Source: a virus
Taxonomy: Duplodnaviria; Caudoviricetes
Length of the DNA: 30,619 nt
IMG/VR virus record: IMGVR_UViG_3300038660_000040
Location: 1-30,619 of that record
Direction: 5' to 3' (one strand)
A program made the position numbers and the translations under genes. Position 1 is the first letter of the stretch. The number at the start of each line of letters is the position of its first letter. This document shows positions 18,377 through 26,357 of the stretch, in pieces. The notes under the pieces were generated by a model, which made no database searches, was not told the DNA's origin, and saw nothing but the letters and a program-made list of their open reading frames with translations.

Positions 18377-19027
18377 TTAAATAAATCTTCTCTTAAAAAT
18401 CGTAAATAAAACGTAGAGGATAAACAGCGTGGTGGATAACCAGAAGAACCAGAAGTATTTCTTTAGGCTCTCTGCTTTATCTCTGTATTTCTCATCGTCC
18501 TCAGCCGCTTTAGTAACTGCCTCGTAACTCTCCCTATAAAATTTAAGCTCACCCTGCACCTTCTCCCCATCAGCCTTGTTCTTCACAATCTCCTGCTCAG
18601 CCTCAGCAAGCTGGATCTTTAGCACATTGAGTTGTGCTGTAGCACCCTCTAGGTTCTTACTAATCCTAGCAATCGTTTCTTTACTCCGAGTAGCTAAGTC
18701 AGAGAACCTTGTATTAAATAACCTCATTTTCTCTTGGTGTTCTTCTGCAAGTCCTTTGATAGCCTCAGCAAATTCCGCATTGATCACCTTCCCCTCAGCC
18801 AGCCTATCTTCAAGCTCAGTCACTTCTTTCTTAGCAGAAACCACTTCATTGTTAGCACGGGTAGCACTCTGACCAGCCTCAGTCACCTTACGCTCGATCA
18901 CCACCGTAGTAGGTGCTACTGTCTCTGTTGGCTTTGCAAGTTTGAGAATCTTAGATGACACTCCATTACTACAACTAGCAAGTAGGAGTATCGCAGTAGT
19001 CGCAATTATATGTGATATAGTTTTCAT
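18377..19027 (-). CDS. Lipoprotein with coiled coil and C-terminal TM helix; candidate spanin
   Basis: Lipobox LLASC at residues 14-18, long heptad-rich middle, C-terminal YFWFFWLSTTLFILYVLFTIF-KRR; adjacent to the endolysin. Confidence 0.6.
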   Translation of the reverse strand: MKTISHIIATTAILLLASCSNGVSSKILKLAKPTETVAPTTVVIERKVTEAGQSATRANNEVVSAKKEVTELEDRLAEGKVINAEFAEAIKGLAEEHQEKMRLFNTRFSDLATRSKETIARISKNLEGATAQLNVLKIQLAEAEQEIVKNKADGEKVQGELKFYRESYEAVTKAAEDDEKYRDKAESLKKYFWFFWLSTTLFILYVLFTIFKRRFI

Positions 19028-19031
19028 AATT

Positions 19032-19700
19032 TTATTTGTTTTCTCCTACCCACTTTCTGCTACCTTTATCATCGACCATTTTAATATACTCAGCATTACG
19101 GAAAGCTTGTGTTTTGAGGGCAGAAAGCTCTGATTCTATTTTACTTAATTCTGCTCGGTTTTCATCTCTAGTGCCGTCAAGGTCTTCTATGTCTTCTTTC
19201 ACAGACTTAATCTCAGCTTCTATCTTTCCAGCTTCTCTAGCATCTGAAATCCTTTGAGCATTAAGCTCTTTAATGTCATCACTTGAATCTGCTATCTTGC
19301 TTTCTTGCTCATCATGTCGCCTCGCACTAGCTTCGTTTACATGATCATTAAGTAGTAGAAAATGTTCCCTATTCGTGAGAGTGCTGTCTGATATTGGTTT
19401 AATAAGTAACGTAATCGTCATATAGAATGCTCCAACTCCAATCGCAAATGCACCAATCAACGATACAAGCAAGCCCACGCCGACTTTTGGAGGTGCAAGA
19501 GAATTGTTATTCAGAGCTTCACTAATGTTCTTGAACCCTAAAGTCATACTACTCTGCAAATCAACTTGACCCTTAGCCAACGTCTGAACATCTGCTTGGA
19601 TGATCCCCACATTAGTTTTCAGTGAAGAGATTTCTTTGTCCTGCTCAGAAAACTTTTCAAAGTGGTGTTTGTGGTGGTCGCGTTGATCGTTATTTTCCAT
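19032..19700 (-). CDS. Membrane-anchored coiled-coil protein (lysis-associated?)
   Basis: 222 aa with one central TM segment (VGVGLLVSLIGAFAIGVGAFYMTITLLI) flanked by coiled coils. Confidence 0.5.
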   Translation of the reverse strand: MENNDQRDHHKHHFEKFSEQDKEISSLKTNVGIIQADVQTLAKGQVDLQSSMTLGFKNISEALNNNSLAPPKVGVGLLVSLIGAFAIGVGAFYMTITLLIKPISDSTLTNREHFLLLNDHVNEASARRHDEQESKIADSSDDIKELNAQRISDAREAGKIEAEIKSVKEDIEDLDGTRDENRAELSKIESELSALKTQAFRNAEYIKMVDDKGSRKWVGENK

Positions 19701-19713
19701 TATCTGAATTGTG

Positions 19714-20079
19714 TTATGGTTTAGCGTTTTTAATTCTGAACTTTTCTAGCCCCACCCCTAGCTCCACTTCTTTGATAGCTCTAGCATTACCGTCAATGAT
19801 CGCACTCGTAGCGTTAGCATCCGCTGATCTCGCAGTTTTACCTACCTCCTTGGTATCAAGCACACCTCCTGCGGTCTTCACCACGCTCTTAACCACATTG
19901 CCAACGATACCAAACTTGGCAACGCTTCCAGCAGTGCCGACAAAAGCATCTGTGTTGATCTTCACATCACTGGTTTCTACATTAGCCATAAGAGCGTTGA
20001 TCTTCACGCCGTCTTTTTGGTAAGTAGCACATGAAGCGAGAAGCCCCACCATCATTATCATTATCAATTTTAGTTTCAT
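19714..20079 (-). CDS. Small lipoprotein
   Basis: 121 aa, signal peptide with lipobox LLASC. Confidence 0.6.
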   Translation of the reverse strand: MKLKLIMIMMVGLLASCATYQKDGVKINALMANVETSDVKINTDAFVGTAGSVAKFGIVGNVVKSVVKTAGGVLDTKEVGKTARSADANATSAIIDGNARAIKEVELGVGLEKFRIKNAKP

Positions 20080-20080
20080 A

Positions 20081-20635
20081 TTATTTTTGGTTTTGTATTG
20101 ATTTTATGTCCTGTATTAAGTCGTCAATTCGTGGATCATCAATAGCTACTTCGGTGCGTGTAGCTTTACCGCTCTTGGCTCTGATTGAATCCGTTGGTTT
20201 ATTAACATCAGGTAAGCCAAAGTAGTTTGCTATCTCATGAAATACTAGTCTACGGAGTGCGTTAGGATTTAAGTCTTGAATCACATCCTCACTTATCCAG
20301 ATCACATTCATCACCGTGTAAGCCCACTTATTAGCCATAAATCTTTTCCCCTTTGGATCTAAATCCTTTGTAGAGTAAAGGCACAGACCAGAAAAATCAG
20401 CTACAATACCTTCCTTCCTAACTCTTGCTATTAGCTCTTGCAGGTAAGGGAGAAGACGAGCATCAACTGAGTCAAATGTATTGATAAACTCACCCTCCTT
20501 AATAGTTATCTTCTTTTGATTGTAAGAATAATTTGTGACAGGTTTTTTCCAGTTACTTATTTTCTTCTTTCTCAAAAGATACAAAACAATGATGACAACT
20601 GGGACTATGAGTAAGGCGAAGTAATATGATTTCAT
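20081..20635 (-). CDS. Membrane-anchored zincin-like protein
   Basis: Likely start MKSYYF at 20635 (ATGA overlap with the upstream stop). N-terminal TM, IWIS strand, then RRLVFHEIANYFGLPD. Confidence 0.5.
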   Translation of the reverse strand: MKSYYFALLIVPVVIIVLYLLRKKKISNWKKPVTNYSYNQKKITIKEGEFINTFDSVDARLLPYLQELIARVRKEGIVADFSGLCLYSTKDLDPKGKRFMANKWAYTVMNVIWISEDVIQDLNPNALRRLVFHEIANYFGLPDVNKPTDSIRAKSGKATRTEVAIDDPRIDDLIQDIKSIQNQK

Positions 20636-20925
20636 GATGTTTTTTGTAGTAGTTTTTGAATGATTTTTGGTGAGTGATCGTATAACCATAAACCAAAGCA
20701 TAGTTTACGGATTATTGTTTTCGGTATGTGGTATTTTTCTAGTAGTAGTTTAAATATTTTGCGGTTGTTTCTCTTCTGATCTGGGTATCTATCTGTGAGC
20801 CAATCATGCACTCGTCCTGCTCTGTCTATGTAATCAATTACCCAACTTGGATAACATCGTTCTATGTGGTTTCGGTAAAATTTAGGAATACTTGCACCTC
20901 CCTCATAATTGTCTGGTATCTGCAT
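20632..20925 (-). CDS. DUF1353-like protein
   Basis: Likely start MQIPDNYEGGASIPKF at 20925 (TAATG overlap). GASIP...AGRVHDWL resembles the DUF1353 signature. Confidence 0.55.
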   Translation of the reverse strand: MQIPDNYEGGASIPKFYRNHIERCYPSWVIDYIDRAGRVHDWLTDRYPDQKRNNRKIFKLLLEKYHIPKTIIRKLCFGLWLYDHSPKIIQKLLQKTS

Positions 20926-21413
20926 TAGGTGAACTCGCTTGCTCGAATTAGTAAGGCATCCACCTTCTCCTGACTCCATCCCAAGTATGCCACTGCTCCT
21001 TGAAATAATGGATTTGTTGCCTTAAAGGTTGAAGCGTGTTGCCATCCGTCAATTGTATTCTGATCGTTCGATCCTGCAATAAGAGCTTCCACTGCTTGTC
21101 TATCTGATGGTGTCTCATTCAGTGCTTGCTTGAGTTGGTAATTTGTCACCTCCTCTGGAACTGGTGTGGCTAGTTCCTCGGCTGTCAGTTCTACGGCTTC
21201 CCATCCATACCCATTAAGCGTAGGTGTGGCTCTGACCACCTTATGAGTAGCTGAGTCGTAGGTAGGTGGTGCTAGGTCAATGACATAAGCATAGCCATCA
21301 GGTGCGTTTACTACCTGATCATCTGCTATGTTACGTCTAATTTTTGGTGAGCCTCCCACTGCTTGTTCAGCTAGTGTGAGCGTGTCTGTGTTAATTAAAT
21401 ATAGTGTTTTCAT
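20925..21413 (-). CDS. Fibre-associated/chaperone-like hypothetical protein
   Basis: Likely start MKTLYLIN at 21413. Contains PPTYDSATHKV and a C-terminal VPEEVTNYQLKQAL...W..A..F...P...LG....VDAL domain of the kind found beside phage fibre genes. Confidence 0.55.
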   Translation of the reverse strand: MKTLYLINTDTLTLAEQAVGGSPKIRRNIADDQVVNAPDGYAYVIDLAPPTYDSATHKVVRATPTLNGYGWEAVELTAEELATPVPEEVTNYQLKQALNETPSDRQAVEALIAGSNDQNTIDGWQHASTFKATNPLFQGAVAYLGWSQEKVDALLIRASEFT

Positions 21414-21427
21414 GATTTTAAATTTAG

Positions 21428-22084
21428 TTAAGTTAAGCCAACGGAGCAACATGCCCACTGGAAAGTATCCGTCCCTGCTTTCAGCCATTCTAATGTAGCA
21501 GGATTAGTTCCGCTTCCGCAGTTTATAGACATTCCCTCAACAAATGTGTCTAAATCCTCAGTAATCCCATTGAAGGATAAAATCGCATCGTTATTAGCCC
21601 CAACTCCACAAGCTATTGCGAGACTTCCTGTCGCTGGCGTTATGTTTGCTGTCACTGGCGTTCCTGTTCCTGCCGCTGAGGCTGTCGATGTCGTGGGATT
21701 TCCAGTGACTCGGTAAACAAAAACCCCGCACTTTAACATCGAATTTGAGTAATTGACTACGATGTCGCCAGTAGTCCCTGTCGGCACACTAGCTTTGTAG
21801 ATGTGGCTGGTGGTGGTAACTGAACCAGCCACGTAGTTCCCTACCAATAATGTGGCACTCACTCCCCCGATTGTAACCGCTGGATTAGATCCAGTAGATG
21901 TCGTCCTGCTCAATATACATACATAAATCTCTCTTGTCGCCTCAGCCACGCCGAATGACAACGCAGAAAAAGTGTAAGAAGTAGAATTTGAGAAACTGCC
22001 AGCGTCTATAATGTAATTAGCTGTGATGGCTCCACCACCACCTGCAAACAACCCGCTTTTAGTAAATGTTCCCACTGGCATCAT
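21428..22084 (-). CDS. Beta-rich Gly/Thr/Ser-rich structural protein (fibre/decoration-like)
   Basis: 218 aa, AGGGG linker followed by beta-sandwich-like sequence (VTIGGVSAT, VPTGTTGDIVV). Confidence 0.5.
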   Translation of the reverse strand: MMPVGTFTKSGLFAGGGGAITANYIIDAGSFSNSTSYTFSALSFGVAEATREIYVCILSRTTSTGSNPAVTIGGVSATLLVGNYVAGSVTTTSHIYKASVPTGTTGDIVVNYSNSMLKCGVFVYRVTGNPTTSTASAAGTGTPVTANITPATGSLAIACGVGANNDAILSFNGITEDLDTFVEGMSINCGSGTNPATLEWLKAGTDTFQWACCSVGLT

Positions 22085-22437
22085 TACACTGCTACCTCCC
22101 TAGCTTCAACCCATAGTTCAGTGCCGACTCTAGTAGCAACTGCCGTGCCTCTTAATCCTGCACCTAGTCCAGCGATAGCAGTTGTAAGACCGATAATTGT
22201 CAACGTAGCGTGAGCAAATGTAAATGATCTGCTACCTGTCCCATCTTGGATAATCGCAACCTCAACTGTCTCACCATCCTCTATGTTAGATAGTGTCACC
22301 GTAGCATCATGCCCTAGAGTGTCGATGAATGCTCTACGTCCCTCCGTAACATCCATCGCAATAGATGCGGCTGAGGTAAGTTCTTGATTGCCTATGTAGC
22401 CTAATACTGATCCTGATTCTATTACTCTTGCTCCCAT
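22084..22437 (-). CDS. Small fibre-tip-like protein
   Basis: 117 aa with an IIQDGTGSR motif reminiscent of phage fibre C-terminal domains. Confidence 0.5.
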   Translation of the reverse strand: MGARVIESGSVLGYIGNQELTSAASIAMDVTEGRRAFIDTLGHDATVTLSNIEDGETVEVAIIQDGTGSRSFTFAHATLTIIGLTTAIAGLGAGLRGTAVATRVGTELWVEAREVAV

Positions 22438-22441
22438 GATG

Positions 22442-22837
22442 TTATTTTGGTTGGTATGATACTAGAATTGTTGTTCCCGATGCTACTATGATAGTAACTT
22501 CTGGATATGCTTGACCATCTACTCTAGGTGGATAGTCAACGTAACCTGATAATGGTAGATCATTACCGCCCCAAGATATGCCCGCACCATCTATGACGTT
22601 GATGCTATAGTGTAGTGATGCTGGTATCACCACCGTGTCATCCGTAACCGTCTTTGTGACGGGTGCGTTTGATGCTGGTAGAGTTGAAGAACCTCCCCAC
22701 GCACCACCTCTAGCGATTAGTGACAGGTGAAGAAAGTTTCGCTGCTCTGGTTTTAACGCGATGCTATTGTCATTGGCTTCCGCTGGTGTCAGCGTTCCGG
22801 CAATGGCCTTAGCCTGTAGGTCTGAAAATAAGCTCAT
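22442..22837 (-). CDS. Hypothetical protein (probably virion-associated)
   Basis: 131-aa ORF with AATTATG start context, directly after the capsid-operon hairpin. Confidence 0.5.
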   Translation of the reverse strand: MSLFSDLQAKAIAGTLTPAEANDNSIALKPEQRNFLHLSLIARGGAWGGSSTLPASNAPVTKTVTDDTVVIPASLHYSINVIDGAGISWGGNDLPLSGYVDYPPRVDGQAYPEVTIIVASGTTILVSYQPK

Positions 22838-22863
22838 AATTGGTAGTGGTAGAAAGTTCTATT

Positions 22864-22905
22864 AAAAAAGATGAAGCCAGCACCCCCATTTTGAGAGTGC
22901 TGGCT
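22864..22905 (-). terminator. Intrinsic terminator-like hairpin after the capsid operon
   Basis: AGCCAGCAC-TCTCAAAATGGGG-GTGCTGGCT followed by TCATCTTTTTT, just downstream of the stop at 22914. Confidence 0.7.
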
Positions 22906-22913
22906 AGATGGTG

Positions 22914-23393
22914 TTAGTTTGTCGCGAGGTAAGGGATCTGGAATGTGATCTTACCGGCAGTAGGCAGCGTGCCTTTAGCCTTGAACGCTAGCCATTGCAC
23001 TTCATCCACTGGTACTGCGTCAGTAACGGGAATGATGGTGGATAGCTTGAGCTCGGTCTTAACGAGTGTGGCGGCCTTTACAAATGCCCCATCGGAGTTT
23101 TGCAAGAAGCCAACTTCGCCAGCGCCTTCTGCTAGGCAATCGGAATCCGCTTGCACAGTGATGTCATTCCAAAGAATGTCAGCGCCCGCAGGGATTTGAG
23201 TGAGGCCAATGTAATCGTCAACAGCTAGCCCGGATGCCGGGTAAGTGTAGGTTACTTTGGTCATGAGGACGTTGCTTTGAACGGCCTTACCGCGCTTGGC
23301 GGAGTTAGTGAGCGAGTCGAATTGCTCTTGCCCCTTGTCGGAGTAAAAGCCACCGAAGAACGCTTTGATTACTGCTGGATTTAGATTTGCCAT
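22914..23393 (-). CDS. Capsid-associated (cement/decoration-like) protein
   Basis: 159-aa beta-rich ORF directly after the major capsid gene; D.I.L..IPAGA.I motif. Confidence 0.6.
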   Translation of the reverse strand: MANLNPAVIKAFFGGFYSDKGQEQFDSLTNSAKRGKAVQSNVLMTKVTYTYPASGLAVDDYIGLTQIPAGADILWNDITVQADSDCLAEGAGEVGFLQNSDGAFVKAATLVKTELKLSTIIPVTDAVPVDEVQWLAFKAKGTLPTAGKITFQIPYLATN

Positions 23394-23407
23394 AATTGGT
23401 TATATTC

Positions 23408-23428
23408 TATTGGTTATTGGTTATTGGT
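23408..23428. repeat. Tandem heptamer (TATTGGT)x3 in the intergenic gap
   Basis: Read directly; a further AACCAAT (minus strand) sits just before the ATG at 23393. Confidence 0.85.
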
Positions 23429-23435
23429 TAAGCTA

Positions 23436-24377
23436 TTAAGCTGTGATTTTAGTAGGGATCTTCCAAACTCCACCTTCTTCAATACGTGTGCCGCCCATAG
23501 CGACAGTTGCACGAATCTGCGTCGCGTTGGACAGGTCTTTGCGCTGGCAAAGGTCAACAGTGTAGTTGTCACGATGTCCGAAGCAGACACGTGAGCGAAC
23601 CCATGCGAGAGCATCGACTACAGCATCACCGCCTACAGTGCGCTTAGTGAGTTGCTCAGTACGAACGAAGAGAATCCCTAAGAACTCATCGACTTCACCG
23701 TCACGCAGCTTGCCGATGGCGGTCACGTAGTCAGTGTTGTTCGCTTTAGCATCGTGGAAGAGATCTTCCAGGTTAGATGCTGTTACTGCCATGACGAGCT
23801 GATCAGAACCTTCTGTAACACCCTGTCCGAACATTTCGTTCTCCATTGCGCTGCGGCGGATTCTAGCAATCTTGTCATAAGTAAGACCGATGTTTGCACC
23901 ACCACCAGCATATGAGAAGTCGAGCGCGAGGACCTGAGCAGCTGGAAGCTCAACGGCAGTAGGTGTCTTAGCACCTTCATACGCTGTGCCTTGAATCGCT
24001 TCAATGATAAGACGTTCAGCTTGGCGATTGTTCGCGTTCTTGAACTCGTTCATCGTTGCCATGATAGGCAAGGTTTGCTTGGTGAACTTGTTAGCATCGA
24101 ACTCATCGAAGCCTTTGGTAAGTTCAAATTCCTGAGCGTAGATGAAACGCTTGTTGTAATTCATTTCACTAAGAGTAGTGGGAGCCATGCGCCCGGTCTT
24201 AGGTGACATTTCTACAGGTAGAATTTGATCAATGTGAGTAGTCTCACCGGACAGTGGTTGGATCGTCACCATTTTGGCTAGACGATTATCAGACTGCTGA
24301 GCAACGGTTTTCCATTGTTCCGCGAGTAGTGGTTGATAGTGATCTTGTAGAGCACTGAAATTAGCAAATGTTGCCAT
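23436..24377 (-). CDS. Major capsid protein
   Basis: 313 aa after the scaffold: AQQSDNRL, GLTYDKI, LRDGEVDEFLGILF and MGGTRIEEGGV motifs typical of podoviral HK97-fold capsids of this class. Confidence 0.85.
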   Translation of the reverse strand: MATFANFSALQDHYQPLLAEQWKTVAQQSDNRLAKMVTIQPLSGETTHIDQILPVEMSPKTGRMAPTTLSEMNYNKRFIYAQEFELTKGFDEFDANKFTKQTLPIMATMNEFKNANNRQAERLIIEAIQGTAYEGAKTPTAVELPAAQVLALDFSYAGGGANIGLTYDKIARIRRSAMENEMFGQGVTEGSDQLVMAVTASNLEDLFHDAKANNTDYVTAIGKLRDGEVDEFLGILFVRTEQLTKRTVGGDAVVDALAWVRSRVCFGHRDNYTVDLCQRKDLSNATQIRATVAMGGTRIEEGGVWKIPTKITA

Positions 24378-24447
24378 AATGTTATTTGATTAATAATTGG
24401 GTGATTCCTTCCAATATCGTATCGAAAGTGATCATTGATCAGCAATC

Positions 24448-24527
24448 GATTATCCTCAAATAAGGGTCATAGCCTACGGTGTTACCGCATCAGTAGTTTG
24501 AAATTCTAGGTCGCAAAGCGATTGTCC
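24448..24527 (-). promoter_or_regulatory. Structured leader upstream of the major capsid gene (three predicted hairpins)
   Basis: GGACAATCGCTTTGCGACC (24509..24527), TGCGGTAACACCGTA (24475..24489) and GACCCTTATTTGAGGATAATC (24448..24468). Confidence 0.45.
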
Positions 24528-24592
24528 AGTTCGTGCTACATCTCCACAAATACACAATGGACAAGTATTCGTCAACTCAAATCGTCTAGATG

Positions 24593-24632
24593 AAAAAAGC
24601 CCACCCTGGAAACACATAACCAGAGTGAGCTT
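24593..24632 (-). terminator. Rho-independent terminator after the scaffold gene
   Basis: GCTCACTCTGG-(10-nt loop)-CCAGGGTGGGC stem (with G-U pairs) followed by TTTTTT. Confidence 0.8.
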
Positions 24633-24657
24633 GATGTGATGCTATGGAGCATCTAAA

Positions 24658-25530
24658 TTAGTTCTTTAATCCAAGCGCAACCTTGTCCATCACTTCATGA
24701 TGACGAGGATCATTTGGGTTGTTCAGCGCCTCATGATCAGCGTGCTTAGGATCGTTCATGATCTTCAGTGACTCTTCCTTACTGCTATTGTTCGCAACGT
24801 GAGCGCCGGGCTTCTGGAAATCGCTTTCTCCCATCATTTTAGATCCTACGTGTGCCATGAGCTTAGCGAAGTTAGGATCTTGCAGATAGGCAGCGTTCTC
24901 AGTGGCCTCTGGATCAAGGCCAGCTTTAGTCGCTAGTGTGTCGAACGTCTCCTGCGCTACTCCTAACTTAGCCTTGAACTCAAACCCCCATTCTTCTTTC
25001 AACTTACCCACCGCTGCTTGATTCTGCTCGAAAGCAGCAGCTTTCGCACTCTCGACATCTTCACCGAGACTAGCAAGATGATCAGCCATGATGCCCTTTG
25101 CCTGATCCGGTGTTACCCCGTGCTTGTGGAATATATCTTGATAGCGCTCGATGGCTCCATCTGGCAGTTCAACGCCTTCTGGTAGATCCTCAGGAGCTTC
25201 TAGCGCATAGCCAGCCGCCTCAGTTGGAACACCGATTGATTCACGATAGACTGCAAGCTTGTCATTGTATGCAGCCTTGTCTTCGTCAGTCGCATTCTCT
25301 GCTAGCTTTGGTACACCCTTTGATTTCTCTAAGTGAATGTAGCTTTGAGCCAGTGCTGTTGGAGTCTTGAACTTGGCAAGCTGTGCCTTGTGCGGCGCTA
25401 GCTCTCCATGCCCTAGCCAATCTGGGTTAAAGTTACCATCATCACCTAGCATTGCTGGTGGTTCTCCTTGCTGGCCACCGGCAGCTCCTTCCCCTTCTGC
25501 TCCTGCCCCTTCTAGTAATTGCGTGCTCAT
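24658..25530 (-). CDS. Capsid scaffolding protein
   Basis: 290 aa, acidic and helical: KFKTPTALAQSYIHLEK, GVP.EA.GY, HKHGVTPDQAK, LKEEWG; immediately upstream of the capsid gene. Confidence 0.8.
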   Translation of the reverse strand: MSTQLLEGAGAEGEGAAGGQQGEPPAMLGDDGNFNPDWLGHGELAPHKAQLAKFKTPTALAQSYIHLEKSKGVPKLAENATDEDKAAYNDKLAVYRESIGVPTEAAGYALEAPEDLPEGVELPDGAIERYQDIFHKHGVTPDQAKGIMADHLASLGEDVESAKAAAFEQNQAAVGKLKEEWGFEFKAKLGVAQETFDTLATKAGLDPEATENAAYLQDPNFAKLMAHVGSKMMGESDFQKPGAHVANNSSKEESLKIMNDPKHADHEALNNPNDPRHHEVMDKVALGLKN

Positions 25531-26066
25531 TAGATTAGATCAGCTTTAGATTTATACTCATCTTTCGTGAGCCCGTATTGCTTCTGGAATGTCTTGTGAT
25601 GCATTTCCTTTAAGTCGATCGCTACTTGCGCCTCATCCGTAGGTTCAGCGGGAGTAGCTGCTTCCTCTTCTGGTGGAGCTTCCACAGCCGCAAGTGGTTC
25701 AGTTGTCGGAGTGACCGCTTTTAACGGTGCTATTGAGTCAATTATTGCTTGTAGTCTGATTACCTCTTTTTCTAGAAAATCATTCTCTATGAATAATCTA
25801 TTTGCTCTATCAACTAGCGCTTCAATTTCTGATTCGCTATGAGTAGTTTGCGTTTTGGAAATATCGTTGACGGGAGTATCGTCAGCCACTTTTTCAGTAG
25901 ATAGCCCGAAGATCTCAGGATGAATAGCATGAGCATCGGCTTTAGTCATGTTAAAGAGCTTCTTGAACTTGCCTTCTGACATGTTCGCTACTGCCCACTT
26001 CGCCCAAATTGGCGTAAATACGCCTAGATTTGGATCTTTCTCTGGTTCATTTTGTTTTGGTGTCAT
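25530..26066 (-). CDS. Hypothetical protein
   Basis: 178 aa, translationally coupled to the scaffold gene (TAATG); short coiled coil and Pro/Glu/Ala linker. Confidence 0.6.
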   Translation of the reverse strand: MTPKQNEPEKDPNLGVFTPIWAKWAVANMSEGKFKKLFNMTKADAHAIHPEIFGLSTEKVADDTPVNDISKTQTTHSESEIEALVDRANRLFIENDFLEKEVIRLQAIIDSIAPLKAVTPTTEPLAAVEAPPEEEAATPAEPTDEAQVAIDLKEMHHKTFQKQYGLTKDEYKSKADLI

Positions 26067-26069
26067 AAA

Positions 26070-26357
26070 TTATTCTATCTGGTTTTCCTGCATGAACTCT
26101 TCCCTTGGTGTAGGTTGGTCTTCATCTGGTAATTCTTCGAGGTAATCGCCAGCAATCAACTTATCGAAGTGTCTGAACACTGCTTTGTGTCCATCGAAGA
26201 ACATGGTTTGATTCGTATCGAAGCCAGCAACGATAGCGCTTGGTTCATCGGCCTTGAAAGACTCCTTGCTTCTCTCAATGAGCAGCATGTAATCAGGATT
26301 CTCGCTTAGCCTGATAGCCGCCTCTGTCAGCTTCCGTATTTCTCCTTTCACGCTCAT
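26070..26357 (-). CDS. Small conserved protein downstream of portal (Bbp19-like position)
   Basis: 95 aa; DTNQTMFFDGHKAVF resembles the D...T.F.EG.R.V motif of this gene class; coupled to the portal stop. Confidence 0.6.
   Translation of the reverse strand: MSVKGEIRKLTEAAIRLSENPDYMLLIERSKESFKADEPSAIVAGFDTNQTMFFDGHKAVFRHFDKLIAGDYLEELPDEDQPTPREEFMQENQIE

Noticed and set aside
24547-24575. Sigma70 promoter for the capsid gene (TTGACG-17 nt-TATTTG, minus strand)
   Set aside because: Good -35 but the -10 lacks the conserved final T; too weak to list as a feature.
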